A DNA stretch of 64,000 nt from Octopus vulgaris (GCA_951406725.2 OX597843.1:15252001-15316000), one strand, 5' to 3'. Shown: positions 24,643 to 38,551, numbered from the stretch's first letter. Notes: generated by a model not told the origin, from the letters alone. Numbers and translations: made by a program.

Positions 24643-25666
24643 ATATACACATATGTGGAGGCGCAATGGCCCAATGGTTAGGGCAGCGGACTTGCGGTCG
24701 GAGGATCGCGGTTTCGATTCCCAGACCGGGCGTTGTGTGTGTTTATTGAGCGAAAACACCTAAAAGCTCCACGAGGCTCCGGCAGGGGATGGTGGTGATC
24801 CCTGCTGTACTCTTTCACCACTCTAAAGGCGGTGCTCCAGCATGGCCGCAGTCAAATGACTGAAACAAGTACAAAAAAAAAAAAAAAAATACATATCTGT
24901 ATATGTGTGCACGTGTGACTGTATGGTAAGCTTGCTTCCCAACAACGTGGTTCCGGGTTCAGTCCCTCTGCATGGCACCTTAAAGCCTTGTGAGTGGATT
25001 TGGTAGATGGAAAACAGGAAGAAGTCTGTGTGTGTGTGTGTATATATATATATACATATATGTATGTGTGTGTGTTTGTATTTGTCTCCCCCCCTCCCCT
25101 CCGCCATCACGTGACAACTGATGCTAGTGTGTTTATGTCCCCATAACATAGCGGTTTGGCAAAAGTGACCAATAGAATAAGTCTTGGAGTCAATTTCTTT
25201 GACTAACACCCTTTAAGGTGGTGCTCAAGCATGGCCACAGTCAAATGACTAAAACAAGTGAAAAATAAAAGAATATATAAATGAGATGACACAGGGATTA
25301 TGTAATGAACTTCATTGGCTCACAGCTGTTTCTGCTACAAGGTACGATGGACTCTTAATTCAGAGCCTAAATAGCATCCTGTAGTTCCACTGGAACCTCA
25401 GATATGAAGAGCAATTTATGTGTGAAAAAGAATTACATTTTTGCAACATAAAGGGAGACTGTGGTGGCTTACTTGTGAACCCTAACTAGCTCCTACTTTA
25501 CTTTTCATTGTTCTGGGGTTGATAAAATACCAGTGAAATACTGGGGTAGATTTAATATTCCTCTGAAACATTCTAGATATAAATGGAATTATAATAGAAG
25601 ACAAACCCTAACCCTTTCATTACTGTGGGGTGGATAAAATAAAATACCAGTGAAATACTGAGGTAG

Positions 25667-25704
<38 letters not shown>

Positions 25705-25856
25705 TGTGTACAGTGCTCAGGTGCACTACAACTCATCTAAAGTGTATATATAATCAGGTGTAGTTTCGGCGGATTTCGGAAAGCATGAGGGCCTTAAAGG
25801 ATGCAGTGTCATGGCAGTCGACAACTGATGCAGGCAGTTTATTCCATGCTTCAGCA
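25667..25856 (-). mobile_element. Short CR1-type 3' fragment
   Basis: Matches 10105-10260; (ATT)n tail; TAGAT duplicated at the ends. Confidence 0.75.
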
Positions 25857-25881
25857 TAGATGTAATGATATTCCTCTAAAA

Positions 25882-26190
25882 CGGGCCTGGCCAACTTGAA
25901 TTCCATTGCGGACCACTTTAATCACAGAAAGATTTTTGAGGGATGCCTGAAAACAGACAGAATTGAAGGCATTTTGCTTTCTCCTGCTATTATTACAATA
26001 ATGAATGAATGAACTTTGATTCAACAGGAGATATTATCATTGCAAAAACCGTATCTTTCTTTCTCTTTTACTTTTCATATTTAATTTTTGATAAAAGTTT
26101 AAAATGTTTATTCAAGAAAGTACAAGCAGGCTGCAAGATAAAAGTCTGCGGGCCACATACGGCCCGTGGGCCACAGGTTAGCCAGCCCTG
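25882..26190. mobile_element. hAT (Charlie-like) MITE
   Basis: Ends CGGGCCTGGCCAAC...GTTAGCCAGCCCTG; 8-bp TSD CTCTAAAA. Confidence 0.75.
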
Positions 26191-26989
26191 CTCTAAAACA
26201 TCTCAGATGTCAATGGAATTATGATAGAAGACTAACACTAACTTTACCTTTCATTGTTGTGGGGTTGATAAAGCAGCAGTGAAATACTGGGGTAGATTTA
26301 ATATTCCTATAAAACATCCTACGGAAGGTGAACAAATAAGTCAGAAACAATTTCATCTCAGGGAAATGAATAAAAAAAACTTTATATGGAAAGACATCTG
26401 TTCCTGTTTAACAAAATTATAAATTCCCCAAAAGGCTTCAAGCTTAAAGCTAGCAGCGGTTTTCTCCCCTTCCTTAGCAGCAGTCAAAGCAGAGGTTATC
26501 TCCCTTGCTGAGTATTAATCCCAAAATATTTTAGTCATTGGACTACGGTCATACTGGAGCACCGCCTTGATGTAGGATTTTAAGTCCAACAAATCGACCC
26601 CAGTACATTTTTCTTTTTAAATTTGGTACTAATTTTATCGATCTCTATCGCCGAACTGCAAAGTTGTGTGTAAAACTAACCAAGACCAGTTGTCAAACGT
26701 TAGGCGTGAACCCCCTACACACACACACACCTGTTACGGTCCTTGCTTTTTTTTTTTTTTGTCTTATACGTTTTTTCTCTTCCCATGACTCGTTTTTACC
26801 TTCCAGGTGTAGTATCTTGTCTTTCTGTCGAAGCCAACGAATTAAACAATATTATTATGAATAAGGTGTTGAAATTGTCAGACTCAACATGGAGGCCTAC
26901 ATAAAGTGCCTGGGGGGGGGGTAATGCTGCCCTGGGTAAAGAGGGTGACTGCTGGAAGACCCTCTGCTCTATACCACACAAGCAGGAGA

Positions 26990-27390
26990 ACCCAGTCATG
27001 GCTGTCAGACAATTTCTGCGACCACATCACCCCTTACATCTGACCACCTAACTCCCCAGACTGCAACCCCTTGATTATTATATGTAGGGGGCAGTTCAGC
27101 AGGAGACTAACAAAACTTCTTGTAACACCAAAGATGAACTGAAGGCAAGGATTACGGCAGCATTCACCAACTTAAAACAAGGAGTCCATCCAGAAGAGTT
27201 GCAGGAGATTCCAAAGTCGTCTGGAGGCCATGGTTGAAGCCAACGGCAATTTTATTGAATAAATTTACTCTTTTGTATTTCAAGATATTTTTATGTAATT
27301 TTGGTAAATGTGTCTGTTAAAATGAGATGTCAGAGTTATTTTAATTTTTATGTAACTTAGACGACAGTTTATTCACCACCACATCCTGTA
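26990..27390 (+). mobile_element. Tc1/mariner transposase C-terminal remnant
   Basis: PPNSPDCNPLDYY...NTKDELKARITAAF...SRLEAMVEANGNFIE*. Confidence 0.8.
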
Positions 27391-27397
27391 TATTAAA

Positions 27398-27719
27398 GAC
27401 TCCGCCGGTTACGACGACGAGGGTCCCAGCTGATCCGAATCAACGGAACAGCTTGCTCGTGAAATTAACGTGCAAATGGCTGAGCATTCCACAGACACGT
27501 GTACCCTTAACGTAGTTCTCGGGGATAATCAGCGTGACACAGAGAGTGACAAGGCTGACACTTTGAAATACAAGTACAACTCATTTTTGCCAGCTGAGTG
27601 GACTGGAGCAACGTGATATAAAGTGTCTTGCTCAAGGACACAACGCGTCGCCGGGAATCGAACTCACAACCTTACGATCATGAGCCGAATGCCCTAACCA
27701 CTAAGCCACGCGCCCTCAC
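27398..27719 (-). mobile_element. SINE family B variant
   Basis: Shares its 3' half with 12663-12850; tRNA-like head; ACATCCTGTATAT duplicated on both sides. Confidence 0.75.
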
Positions 27720-28146
27720 ACATCCTGTATATATGCACACATACACACACATGCTCAGTTTCTATCTACCAAATCCACTCACTAGGCATTGGGTTGGTCC
27801 AGAACTATAGTAGAAGATACTTGCCTAAGGTGCCATGCAGTGGGACTGAACCTGAAACTACAGGGTTCCAAAATGAACTTCTTAACCATGGGTTTTTTGG
27901 TTTTTTTCTGAAATAATAAATGATAATTTGTGGGAAGAAGAATTCCAGATCCCTAAAGACATTGACAGAAGATCCCTAAAGACATTGACAGAAGCAGGTA
28001 AGAATTCCAACTGGATTTGGTTGAGAAGAATAACAGTGAACTTCAGAAGGTTTTCTTTACCCTACATACAATTGGTGTCTCACAGCATAACTACAAGATG
28101 GGAGTCACTTCTTTTTGACTTTGTTTCCTCATAACTTGCATATTTA

Positions 28147-28553
28147 GGCGCAGGAGTAGCTGTGTGGTAACTAGCTTGCTAACCAACCACATGGTTCCGG
28201 GTTCAGTCCCACTGCATGGCATCTTGGGCAAGTGTCTTCTGCTATAGCCCTGGGCCGACCAATGCCTTGTGAGTGGATTTGGTAGACGGAAACTGAAAGA
28301 AGCCTGTCGTATATATGTATATATATATTTATGTGTGTATGTTTGTGTGTCTGTGTTTGTCCCCCTAGCATTGCTTGACAACCGATGCTGGTGTGTTTAC
28401 GTCCCCGTCACTTAGCGGTTCGGCAAAAGAGACCGATAGAATAAGTACTGGGCTTACAAAGAATAAGTCCCGGGGTTGATTTGCTCGACTAAAGGCGGTG
28501 CTCCAGCATGGCCGCAGTCAAAATGACTGAAACAAGTAAATGAGAAATGAGAA
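28147..28553 (+). mobile_element. SINE family A, full length
   Basis: Family match. Confidence 0.88.
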
Positions 28554-29654
28554 TATTTTGTAATGAAACTTTCCTGAGATTTGTGGATGATGTACATCAG
28601 TGGTTCTTAATTGAGGTCCATATAATCCCTGAGGCTCCATATAAGATCGGGGGGGGGGATACACAAGCAAAATAACAAATTACGAATCCCCAGCAGTTTA
28701 AGGATCCAAGAAAACATTTTGCGTGAGATTTATGGCAAGACACGGCCCAGTTTCTTTCTCTTTTCTACTCTAGACACAAGGCCTGGAATTTTGGGGGAGG
28801 GGGCCAGTTGATTAGATCAACCCCAGTATGCAACTGGTACTTAATTTATTGACCCCCAAAAGGATGAAAGGCAAAGTCGACCTCGGCGCAATTTGAACTC
28901 AGAATGTAAAAACAGACGAAATACTGCTAAACATTTCACCTGGCCTGCTTCATCCGGGAGTGGGACCCTGGAGTCCTGGTTTCAAGAGTATAGAACTGCC
29001 TCTTAGCCACTATTGTTCCCAGGTCTACTCTGTAAGGGGCCCAGTTATGGGATAACTAGCAAACCACACTTTGACTGGGAGGGGGGGGTCAGTAGACTGC
29101 AGTTGCCATATTTCCTGCATGGTGTAAGATGTGATTAAAAGGGGTGAGAGTGAGGGGACGGGGAAACCCCACCTCCAAGCAAATCCATTTTCCTAAAAAG
29201 ACACCAACAACAAAAAAATAGATGTATGCATTGTATATTATTTAAGAATAATAAATTTTGTACTCTACAAGAGTAAGCACGTGGTTCTGGGTTCAGTCCC
29301 ACTGCATGGCACCTTGGGCAAGTACTTGTCAGTGGATTTGGTAAATGGAAATTGAAAGAATCCCATTGTTTATTTATATGTGTCTCTTAGTGGCTATGTT
29401 TTTCCCCAACCTATGTTGGTTTGTTTATTTCCAACTTAGCGACGAAAAATAAAAATTATACACATTGCCCCAGCATGGCCAGTCTAATGACTGAAACAAG
29501 AGGTTTGGTTTATTCTGTCCATCTGTGGTGTGTATCCTTATCCATGTATGTGTTTGCACCTGTATTTGCGTGTATGCGTGTGTGTGTGCGCACTAACAAC
29601 CCTACACACACACACACACACACCATAACATAGCAAATAAAAAACAAAAACAAT

Positions 29655-29681
29655 GAAAGATGTTTAAAAAAATATTTTATT
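29655..29681 (-). promoter_or_regulatory. Candidate polyadenylation site on the minus strand
   Basis: AATAAA (29681-29676), CA about 14 nt downstream, then U/GU-rich TCTTTCATTGTTTTTGTTTTTT. Confidence 0.4.
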
Positions 29682-31842
29682 TTTTACCCACAAAAAAAAA
29701 TTGTATCCCTTTTTTTTGTTACATTTATGCATATAAAACAATTGTAAATCCATTATTTTATATAAAACAATTATAACAGACCCCTTACTTCATAAAACAA
29801 CATACAGATTCTTAATTTTAATTTTTGTACCTGTTCCCTTTTTCCTTCCAAATATATCTATACTCATATTACATATATAATATATATATCACATATACAT
29901 ACATACATATATATATGTATCACCTATTATACATCATTTCTAATGGTGGAACTGAGAGCAGATAAAACCATTAATAATAAATTCAAATTTTGGTGTAGAA
30001 GCAGCAGTTTTTGAGATGAAGAATAATTTGATTACATCAACCCCCACTACTTGATTGGTATTTATTCTATTGACCCCCAAAAGGGGCAGAGTTGACCTTG
30101 GCAGAATTCAAGCTCAGAATGTAAACACAGCTGACCCTTTCGTCAGCATGCAAACGGTTTCTGCCAATTCACTGCCCGAAACAAACATTATGAATCTGTG
30201 CCGGGCCAAGCTTGCTCAGCCATTCTTAATCCACAAACCCCGTCCATCTCGGTCGTGTATTAGTTGGGGGAGGTCTTGAGGGAGGCATCCCGTGCAGGGG
30301 CATATATTCTGGGTGTGCTAGCTGCAAGCTGCCCACACACTGATAATGGCAGATTCGTTATAAATATAAACCTTACTCATGAATTTAATCACAAATCTTA
30401 ATGGAAAATTTGGGTTATACCTCTGCTTGAAATTTTGTGGCATTGGGGTGTGGCAGCACACCCAATGACAACAACCATCATGTACCACTGATCCAGTCTC
30501 TCTGATGAGTTGATCAGATGGTGTGGTGATGAGGTGATGAAAACTCCCATCTATTGGGTCCCCAGTTTGAAAATAAGCAACGGGCCTGCAGATACTCACG
30601 GGTCAGCTGCCAATACTCACTAAGCAGTCCCAGACAAAAATCATGCATTGCCCTTTGGCAAGGACCAGCATCCATTAGCCACCCTGCCAGGGTCGTGGTG
30701 AAATTCTGAAGCCCTGCAAAGAGCAGAAATACCTCTATCATTGGAAAGCAGGATGGTAGTTGGAATACTTTGCTTCAGGATTTCTTGCCACTTCCCAGAA
30801 CCCCTTTTACACTAGGAGTTCTCAATCAGGGTCCTAACGACCCTTGGTCGTCTATATTAAGATTTCGTTGTTCTCCAATAAATTATTTATTACTTCTCCG
30901 ATACACAAATTGTTTTATACATTTCCCAATAATATTTAATTACGAAAATATCGAATGTTTATTAGGGTCTATCGAAGTAAAATAGAAATCAAAGGACTCC
31001 ATATGAAAGAAAATGGTTGAAAGCCATTGAAATGAATTTTGTTCTTTAATCTTGGTCAAGGAAACCTGTCAGCTTGACCGGCCAGCAATTGTCTTTTAAG
31101 ACTTAGGGACATGGACAGGTAATTAGCAATTGAAAATAATTCCATAACACACGTTTACCTCAGAAGTTATTAATAACGAGATATAATGACGAAGGCAGTT
31201 CTTTGAGTCCAGAGAACATGCCGAAGAATAGCAAGCCCTTGAGTAGATCAATCTTTGAATGACCCCCATCTGACCAAACCATGGGTATTTGCCCCAAGTG
31301 CACCAGATGCTTATAAATATTGGGTTGACAGAAAAAAAAAAACCCCTTGGAAGAAAAATCTCAAAAGCTTTCTGTGGGACACAAACCCAGATCTGTAAAC
31401 CAGACAGATATTTGGGCAGCCATCAATATTTTCCATTCAAGGTGTTTTTTTAGACCCTATATTTACATGCTGATATTTATAGCTTTATTCACTTCAAGTT
31501 CCACCGTTAAAGACAATTTATTTTCATGTCACTCAAAGTTTTGGAATTCTTATGACATTAACAAATACATATATATATATACATGTGTGTGTGTGTGTGT
31601 GTGTGTATTTACAAAACCTGTTTCTTTTTGTTTCCACATTTTTCTTAGGTTTTAATTAAAAGACAAAAAAATAATTAAAATATATAATATTAAGAAAAAA
31701 AAAAACTATACAAAAAGAGGAGAAATAAAATGATTCCAATATGAAAAAAATTGGTGCAATGATGTCTTGAAAAGAAAATATTTTGGTTTATGAAAGAGAA
31801 TGAGCAAACCAATTGCCACAATTATATACAATTGATATATAT

Positions 31843-31893
<51 letters not shown>

Positions 31894-32769
31894 CACGCAT
31901 ATATATGTATGCATATATATATATATACGCATATACACACATATGTATATATATATATGTGTGTGTAAATATACACACATACATTTATACATGCATATTC
32001 ATACACACACAAATATATATTCTGGGTGGTCCAAAAGTCATGCACCAAAACGCTTGACATTTTATTTATATCATTATTATTATTCATTTTGTTCGTCAAG
32101 TACAAGTATTTGTCTCTCCCCCATTCCTTTTTTTAATTCAACTTAGGGAAGTTGAAGAATCTCTTTGACAATTCCACAGCATATTGGACTTGTCTTATGG
32201 ATGACTTTTGGCTCACCCTGGGTATGTATCTGTATACACACACACACACACACATTTACACAGACTCGTAACACCTTGCTTCCCTTTAATTTCCTGTCAT
32301 TTGTCCTCCCCTCTCTCTCTATATAATTATTTATTTGAAGGTCACAATACATGTATTTAAGTTCTGCTAATAGTTTCATACGTTGAAAGGACCCAAACGT
32401 ATTCTTCAGGCACAAACCACATTTCATAACGAAAGAAACAGAGAAGTCAGCAAAAAGAAGACACCTGAAGAACACGTTTGATCTTTCTCCACATATTAAA
32501 CTATTGGTAACACTTTAATACATGTATTGTGACCCTTAAATAGATTTCTTTACTACCCACAAGGGGCTAAACACTGAGGGGACAAACAAGGACAGACAAA
32601 CGGATCAAGTCGATTACATCAACCCCAGTGCATAACTGCTACTTAATTTATCAACCCCGACCAAAACTATCACCGAACAGTACATATCTTATATATATAT
32701 ATATATATCTGCACACATACATACACATGTACAGTGTATGGATGTGAGTTGACCCATCACATAAGTTAT

Positions 32770-33560
32770 CACTGTCAAAGGTTAACATAAAAAAGCATTG
32801 TTTACCTATAGAGACAGTGAACCCATTTACCCTTTACTTGTCCTGGGTTCCACATGGGATATCCAGGACATTTCTCCGTGACATCCATGCATCATATATG
32901 ATACAAATCCCAGATTTTTTCTGACAATCAGAATAACTTGGGACTTATGAGAGGAAAGCTTTACTTTACTTAGAACATATGAAACAAGGGCCAAGGAAAA
33001 CTCTGAAAACAAGGACACATGTATAATTAATGAAAATGCTTTGGACAGGCAAAGGGTTGAAACGGGTCCAACATTTTTATGGGGATACCTAAGAACACAT
33101 TGTTACATTCCAAAAGGTTTTCTTCATTGCCTAAAGGTTTCATACCTCCAATAATATATTTATATAAATAGTTGGTTCTTGAAGGCGTCTTAATTCTTTG
33201 ATATCAAGGAGTTTAAAACTTTCAAGGGCTAACTCTATAACAGTGTTAACCCACTGAAACAAGGATATTTTACAATCTTCCATCAAAAGTTTTTAACACA
33301 TTGGAAACAAGTTAGTTTTTACATTGTCAACAGAGGTTAATTTTCTCAAAATATTAACCCACAAAAAACATGAACTTTGTTTTATGTTAAAACAAAGTAT
33401 TCAATTCATTTGTTCTTTTTTCATTTTTCACGTTCATAACGATGGATGATTAATTAAAGGTGTTATGTTAACCTGCTACCTGATGAGAACATCATTAACC
33501 CATCAACAAGGATGGTTTCATCTGAGATTATTACACACCCACAAGGTATTAACAACCTAA
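32770..33560 (-). mobile_element. Old Penelope-like element remnant
   Basis: 32860-32990 aligns by eye with 56310-56430 of the PLE remnant at 55900-57240. Confidence 0.45.
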
Positions 33561-33695
33561 AGATATTTGAGATTATTACGTACCCCCACATATTATTATT
33601 TACACTTTGACATGACTAACAGACATACCAACAGAACCATTTCATTCAGAATCGGTGTAAATCTTGGACGGTATAGAAATTCTACATCAACATTA

Positions 33696-34108
33696 CATAT
33701 ATATACATATGTATATACATATACATATATATATACATATATATATACATACATATATACATACATATATATATATATACACACACACACACATATATAC
33801 ACACACACACATATATACACACATACATATATATACACACATACATATATATATATACATACATACATATACATATATATATATATACATACATACATAT
33901 ACATACATACATATACATATATATATATACATACATACATATACATATATATATATATATACATACATATACATATATATATACATACATACATATATAT
34001 ATATACATACATACATATACATATATATATATATACATACATATACATATATATATATACATACATATACATATATATACATACATATACATATATATAT
34101 ATACATAC

Positions 34109-34140
<32 letters not shown>

Positions 34141-34303
34141 ATACATACATATACACACATATATATATGTATATATATACATACATACATATACACACAT
34201 ATATATATGTATATATATACATACATACATATACACACATATATATATGTATATATATACATACATACATATACACACATATATATATGTATATATATAC
34301 ATA
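33696..34303. repeat. ~600-bp (TA)/(CATA) compound microsatellite
   Basis: Direct observation; explains the YI/VC-rich ORFs. Confidence 0.95.
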
Positions 34304-35022
34304 TTTCTATAAATAAGGATAAGATCGTTATTTAAATACCGATCTTATCAGGTGGCCAACATGGGGGAATAAAAACCTTCAAAGGTAATCATTATTATTA
34401 AAATTATAATTTAGGGTATCTAAGAGATACCTCCACGCTGGAAATAGCAGACAAAACTTACTTGACTCTAAAACCATATATGTATATATATATATATATA
34501 CACATATATATACATATACACATATATATACACATATATATACATATATACACACATATGTATACACATATATACACACACACATATATATATATATATA
34601 CAGACAGTCATACACACATATATATATATATATATGATATATCAAATAAGGAATGGTGAAAAACGTCAGAAATATTTTTACGTTTCAATATAGAAATGTC
34701 TCAAGAGACTCGCAAACTCATTTCTTTGGGATTTTGGCAAAAAATCCAAATTTTCTTTGTGGAATCCCGAAGAAACAAGAAACTGGCGTTTTTGAAAACT
34801 TTCTCTAATGAAGCACAAAAATAGAAATAACATTTTCTAGGTTTCTTTTTAAATGATGTCGGTTGTAGTCTGCACTTTAACCTTTCCACCAACTCTGGCG
34901 TTTGACTTGACAGCACAAAGAACAGAGGACGAGATGGATGCCGAAATATTTATCCAGCTATAATCTCACAGATAACAGGTTGTGCACACACACACACAGC
35001 CATGTGTGTGTGCATGTGTGTA

Positions 35023-35060
<38 letters not shown>

Positions 35061-35302
35061 CTTTATTTAAAGCAGCAGAAAATTCAACAAAATCTGTTAC
35101 TCTGAGTTTCTCGTTGCCATTCATCAGACAGTTTTTGCTAGAATGGAACCGATATATCAATTCAATCTAGACTCGGCAACGAGAAACTCAGAGTAACAGA
35201 TTTTGTGGAATTTTCTGCTGCTTTAAATAAAGCATATTACTCTACCACTGGTATTTGAGTACTCTTTTTTCCACCTTGTTTCACATTTATGTGTTTACTC
35301 CA

Positions 35303-35305
<3 letters not shown>
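35061..35305. mobile_element. Penelope-type inverted pLTR remnant containing a hammerhead motif (35089-35135, minus)
   Basis: 58-bp inverted repeat 35061-35118/35175-35232; the minus strand reads AAAACTGT-CTGATGA-ATGGCAACGA-GAAA-CTCAGAG-TA-ACAGATTTT. Confidence 0.65.
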
Positions 35306-35337
<32 letters not shown>

Positions 35338-35339
<2 letters not shown>

Positions 35340-35567
35340 ACAATTGAGGAACGGCTACAATAGGCCGTTCGACCCACTAGAAATAGTAGTAATTCCGAAA
35401 TCTAAGGAAAAATTAAAAAAACATTTACCCTTAATTTTTTTAATTTGTTTCTTTAATTTTTTTAAAATTTTTCCTTACATTTCGGAATTACTACTATTTG
35501 CGGTTGGACCCCTGGCTGCTATTTCTAGTGGGTCGAACGGCCTATTGTAGCTGTTCCTCAATTGTTG
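35338..35567. mobile_element. Palindromic (foldback) MITE
   Basis: 49-bp terminal inverted repeats plus a 34-bp internal inverted repeat (35381-35414/35466-35499). Confidence 0.7.
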
Positions 35568-36628
35568 TTGAATTTATTCATAGTCTCTGACTATTTCCTC
35601 TTTCTCACTAGACCGCTGGTGGCAAAATGATTTCTATTGAATTTTTTGCTACCCTAAATTGATTATATATATATATCATATATGTCCATAATATGTGTGT
35701 GTGTGTACATAATATGTATGTATAAATATATACACATACATACTTATGTATATTTATATATGTATGAACATTTACAAAATCTGATTTTTGTACATTTTAT
35801 AAATATCTGTACAGCAGAGTGGAGAATTTGAAAGCTATGTATGTGTGTGTGTGTGTGTGTGTAAATATATATATATGTATACACACACACACATATATAT
35901 ATATACATACATATATGTATAAGTTATATATTATATTCTTTTTGTTTTAAGCAAAATCGAAAACACAGTCCAACTGCTGCCCCCCCCTACCTACCTACTT
36001 CAGCCCCGACCCTTTATCCTGCCACCCACCCCCACCAAAAAAGGGGGAAGAGAAAAACATTTCACTTGAAGGATATGACAAAATAATTTTGAAGGATTGT
36101 GTGTGTGTGTATGCATGCACATGTATATGTATATATGTGTGTGTGTGTGTATGTGCACCTGCATATATACAAATGGGTGTTTTTCTTTCCGTTGACCCCA
36201 AGATCCCAAGGAAGACTTGTCTAAAACACAGGGTTGGGGGGGGGAGGTTTGAGAACAGTAACAGAGCAAACTCTGTGAATGGTGATGTCAATGCTGACAC
36301 CACATCGTGAAGGGATACCAGGTTCCATGATAGGTTTACCACACACACACACACACACATCAATACGAATGAGCAGACATGCAACTTCCCCCTTCACACC
36401 AATCCTAGTGCCCACCCGCCCACCCCAAGAAAAAAACGCCCATAGATCATTAGTAGTGGCTCCTTTTGTTTGACGAAATCATTTAAGAAACAGTAAAAAA
36501 AAAATAATAATAAATAAATACACATGCAGATACAATAAAGATATGTGTGTTGCCGGGCAAAGGGGGAGGGCAATGCATGAAGCTCTCTGACCTTGAGTCA
36601 CTCTGTTGCTTCTGCTAAATATTAATAA

Positions 36629-36664
<36 letters not shown>

Positions 36665-37007
36665 CTTATACAACGATGCTGTTGACAGTGACTACAAAGC
36701 TTCAGCCAGTCCAACAATAGCTGAGCTGACCGAAATTTCTGTCAACAACATTCTTGTATAAGAATAATTTGTACTCTATAATAAATTGTTCTATTATAAC
36801 TAAACATAAAAACAAATATAAATACATACAATAATATATATATATATTATATATATATATATATCATCATCGTTTAACGTCCGTTTTCCACGCTGGTCTT
36901 AATGTTTCTACAGCTGGATTAGACTGGAGCCTGGTGCAGCCTTCTGGCTTCCCAGATCCCCGGTCGAACCGTCCAACCCATGCTAGCATGGAGAACGGAC
37001 GTTAAAC

Positions 37008-37040
<33 letters not shown>

Positions 37041-37300
37041 ATATATATATATATATACACACACAAGAGTTAAGGAATGGAGTATATAAAATCCAGGTTA
37101 CATATATTTCATAGAGAGCAGAACCTCAGAAGTGGTGAATATCCAAGCCCTTGGCTGCCCCACAGTCCTTGGCTGCCCCACAGTCCTTGGCTGTCCCACA
37201 GGCTACACTTGAGCCGAAGTTGCCATTTCAAAGTTTGTGTTTTATATTTCCTGTGCATTGCTTGAAGCTAACCTTCTTCCGATACCTCAATCCTTGGATC

Positions 37301-37484
37301 TTACATTTTCATAAATATAAAGGCACAGGGGTGCCTGTGCAGTAAGAAGCTTACTTCCCAACCATATGGTTCTGGGTTCAGTCCCACTGCATGGCACCTT
37401 GGGCAAGAGTCTTCAACTGTAGCCTCAGGCTGACCAAAACATTTTGAGTGGTTTTGGTAGATAGAAACTGAAAGAAGCCCATTG

Positions 37485-37515
<31 letters not shown>

Positions 37516-38357
37516 CCCACCATCGCTTGGCAACCGATATTGGTGTGTTTACATCTCCGTAACTTAGCAGTTTGGCAAAATGAGGCTGACAGAATAAGTA
37601 CTAGGCTTACAAAGAATAAGTCCTGGGGTCAGTTTGTTCGACTAAAGGCGGTGCTCCAGCATGGCTGCAGTCAAATAACTGAAACAAATAAAAGAATATA
37701 TATACACACACATATATATATATATATAATTTTAATTTATTTGGGTAAATGCCTCTGCTGCTTGTTGCCATTATTATTCCCATCTTTCAGAGTAATTCTC
37801 TGGGATGGTCATTTATGTGGAACACCCTAAAGTGTCGGGTAAATACAGTAATAATGAAAAAGTAAGAATGCACATGAAGTAGATGTGTGAAGGTGGTGCC
37901 CCAGCATGGCCGCAGCCTTCGGGCTAAAACATTTTGAAGTAGATGTGTGAAGGTGGTGCCCCAGCATGGCCGCGGCCTTCGGGCTAAAACATTTTGAAGT
38001 AGATGTGTGAAGGTGGTGCCCCAGCATGGCCGCGGCCTTCGGGCTAAAACATTTTGAAGTAGATGTGTGAAGGTGGTGCCCCAGCGTGGCCGCGGCCTTC
38101 GGGCTAAAACATTTTGAAGTAGATGTGTGAATTAAAAGTATATATATATATATGTGTGTATATATATATATATATATTCTTTTATTTGTTTCAGTTATTT
38201 GACTGCAGCCATGCTGGAGCACCGCCTTTAGTCGAACAAACTGACCCCAGGACTTATTCTTTGTAAGCCTAGTACTTATTCTGTCAGCCTCATTTTGCCA
38301 AACTGCTAAGTTACGGAGATGTAAACACACCAATATCGGTTGCCAAGCGATGGTGGG

Positions 38358-38388
<31 letters not shown>

Positions 38389-38551
38389 CAATGGGCTTCT
38401 TTCAGTTTCTATCTACCAAAACCACTCAAAATGTTTTGGTCAGCCTGAGGCTACAGTTGAAGACTCTTGCCCAAGGTGCCATGCAGTGGGACTGAACCCA
38501 GAACCATATGGTTGGGAAGTAAGCTTCTTACTGCACTTTATGAAAATGTAA
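37301..38551. repeat. Inverted duplication (~430-bp arms containing SINE A) around a 60-bp x 4.3 tandem array (37875-38131)
   Basis: Arms share private SINE mutations and the non-SINE flank TTACATTTTCATAAA. Confidence 0.9.

Noticed and set aside
27928-28010. Possible plus-strand exon ending CAG|GTAAGA
   Set aside because: No clear acceptor or partner exon; contains a 23-bp local duplication; peptide not recognised
33567-34335. Long Tyr/Ile/His-rich ORFs (also at 5525, 14307, 39008, 41052, 47026-47578)
   Set aside because: Dinucleotide, trinucleotide and tetranucleotide microsatellites
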